From an uncultured Bacteroidaceae bacterium (GTDB lineage: Bacteria; Bacillota; Clostridia; Christensenellales; CAG-917): a stretch of 46,523 nucleotides of DNA. The position numbers and the translations under genes are program-made. Positions 45,730 to 46,523 of this stretch are shown piece by piece. Position 1 is the stretch's first letter. Each line of letters starts with the position of its first letter. The stretch spans positions 1 through 46,523 of the forward strand of contig CAYIYN010000001.1 of NCBI GenBank assembly GCA_964367645.1, given 5' to 3'. A model generated the notes under the pieces. That model did not search any database and was not told the DNA's origin. It saw nothing but the letters and a program-made list of their open reading frames with translations.

Positions 45730-46523
45730 TTAAGCCATAACTGCAACTTCGTCAATATTGCGTTCAATTAGGTCAAGGAAACGGACGATAATTTTGTCGT
45801 CGTCGCTGTTTCCGCAAACCGCAACGCTGAAAGTCACCGCACCGTTGAATGTCGTAAATGCCAGTTGCATATAGGGCTTCCCCTTGATTGCGCCCGTATA
45901 CCAGCCGTCACATAGATTGACATTGCCCATTTTGTATTCCTGAGGTTTGATTTGTCCGATGTTGCTCATACCCACGAGCGGATTCTTATAGCCGATTTTG
46001 ATTGCAATCTCACTTATAAAATGCGGCAAAACGGTATAAGCAAGATTGAGGAGAGGCAGACCGTATAATCCCAAAAATTTGTCTTTTTTGTTATCCGCCA
46101 TCGCCTCGGACACATTTTTCAAAGTTTCTTTCATATCCTTGCCCACGCCGTTTATTGTGCAAGACATAAATCCGGTATGGTTTGTCAGTCCCGTTTCCGC
46201 TCCGCCGTGTTTTAGGTGACGCCTAAGGTCCACCATACTTTGAATGGTAAAACTTTCGTTTTTGTTTAGCCCGATAAGTTCATAAAGCGACCTAAAATAC
46301 ACTGCCAGCAAAACGTCGTTTATGGTGAATCCGAATCTTTTCCCAGCCGCATGCATAGCGCCGAATTTCTCTGCCGATATGGTGCGTCTGACAACGCGGT
46401 TGACATCGCCCTTGCGACTTTCTGTAAGCGGAAAAGCGTGTGCACCCGCCACTTGACTGACGTTTCTGAAAAGCCCTTTCGCCGTCTTTTTATCCTCTTC
46501 GCTTAGGCCGCTGTATATCATAT
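45730..46523 (-). CDS. hypothetical protein, C-terminal part (possibly a condensation/WS-DGAT-like acyltransferase); 5' end probably outside the window
   Basis: The open frame runs to the window edge. The visible 263 aa lack an N-terminal catalytic motif (no HHxxxDG is seen), which is consistent with a truncated view. The function call is weak. Confidence 0.5.
   Translation of the reverse strand, partial: MIYSGLSEEDKKTAKGLFRNVSQVAGAHAFPLTESRKGDVNRVVRRTISAEKFGAMHAAGKRFGFTINDVLLAVYFRSLYELIGLNKNESFTIQSMVDLRRHLKHGGAETGLTNHTGFMSCTINGVGKDMKETLKNVSEAMADNKKDKFLGLYGLPLLNLAYTVLPHFISEIAIKIGYKNPLVGMSNIGQIKPQEYKMGNVNLCDGWYTGAIKGKPYMQLAFTTFNGAVTFSVAVCGNSDDDKIIVRFLDLIERNIDEVAVMA

Overview
This window looks like a Firmicutes/Clostridia-type chromosomal segment. 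It has spmA/spmB and a metG-tatD-...-rsmA gene order like the Bacillus metS-yabD-...-ksgA cluster. I saw no rRNA, tRNA, CRISPR array, transposase or integrase. About 58% of the window is one uninterrupted minus-strand gene (10263..37421, 27,159 nt, 9,052 aa from the SD-supported ATG, roughly 1 MDa). It has its own sigma-A-like promoter, a strong GGAGG ribosome-binding site and an N-terminal lipoprotein signal peptide (lipobox FVAC). By eye the protein has two parts. The N-terminal ~6,800 aa consists of divergent modules separated by 13 acidic Ala/Ser/Glu linkers with a conserved S-E-A-L-x-A-A core. Each module carries a recurring G-[IV]-Y-Y...Y-[IL]-D motif and Tyr-rich hairpin-like inserts. 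The C-terminal ~2,200 aa resembles an array of Ig-like (Big_4-style 'LPxxVxV..DG....V.W[DN]') domains. I recognise no classical adhesin, toxin or anchoring domain in the N-terminal part, and no dedicated secretion partner lies nearby, so this gene is the main candidate for something undescribed. Flanking genes are housekeeping (rsmA, TatD, TatD-linked radical SAM, metG, spmAB, apgM), an XRE-cupin regulator with a DUF1858 redox protein, an SPFH/Zn-ribbon (YdjI/YdjG-like) pair, an AEC permease, and a small glycan-related cluster (GH20 hexosaminidase, DUF1624 acyltransferase-like membrane protein, GH127/DUF1680-like protein). Two non-coding tandem repeats (34 bp x2 and 15 bp x6) and several hairpin terminators are also visible. 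All family names come from motif recognition by eye; no searches were run.
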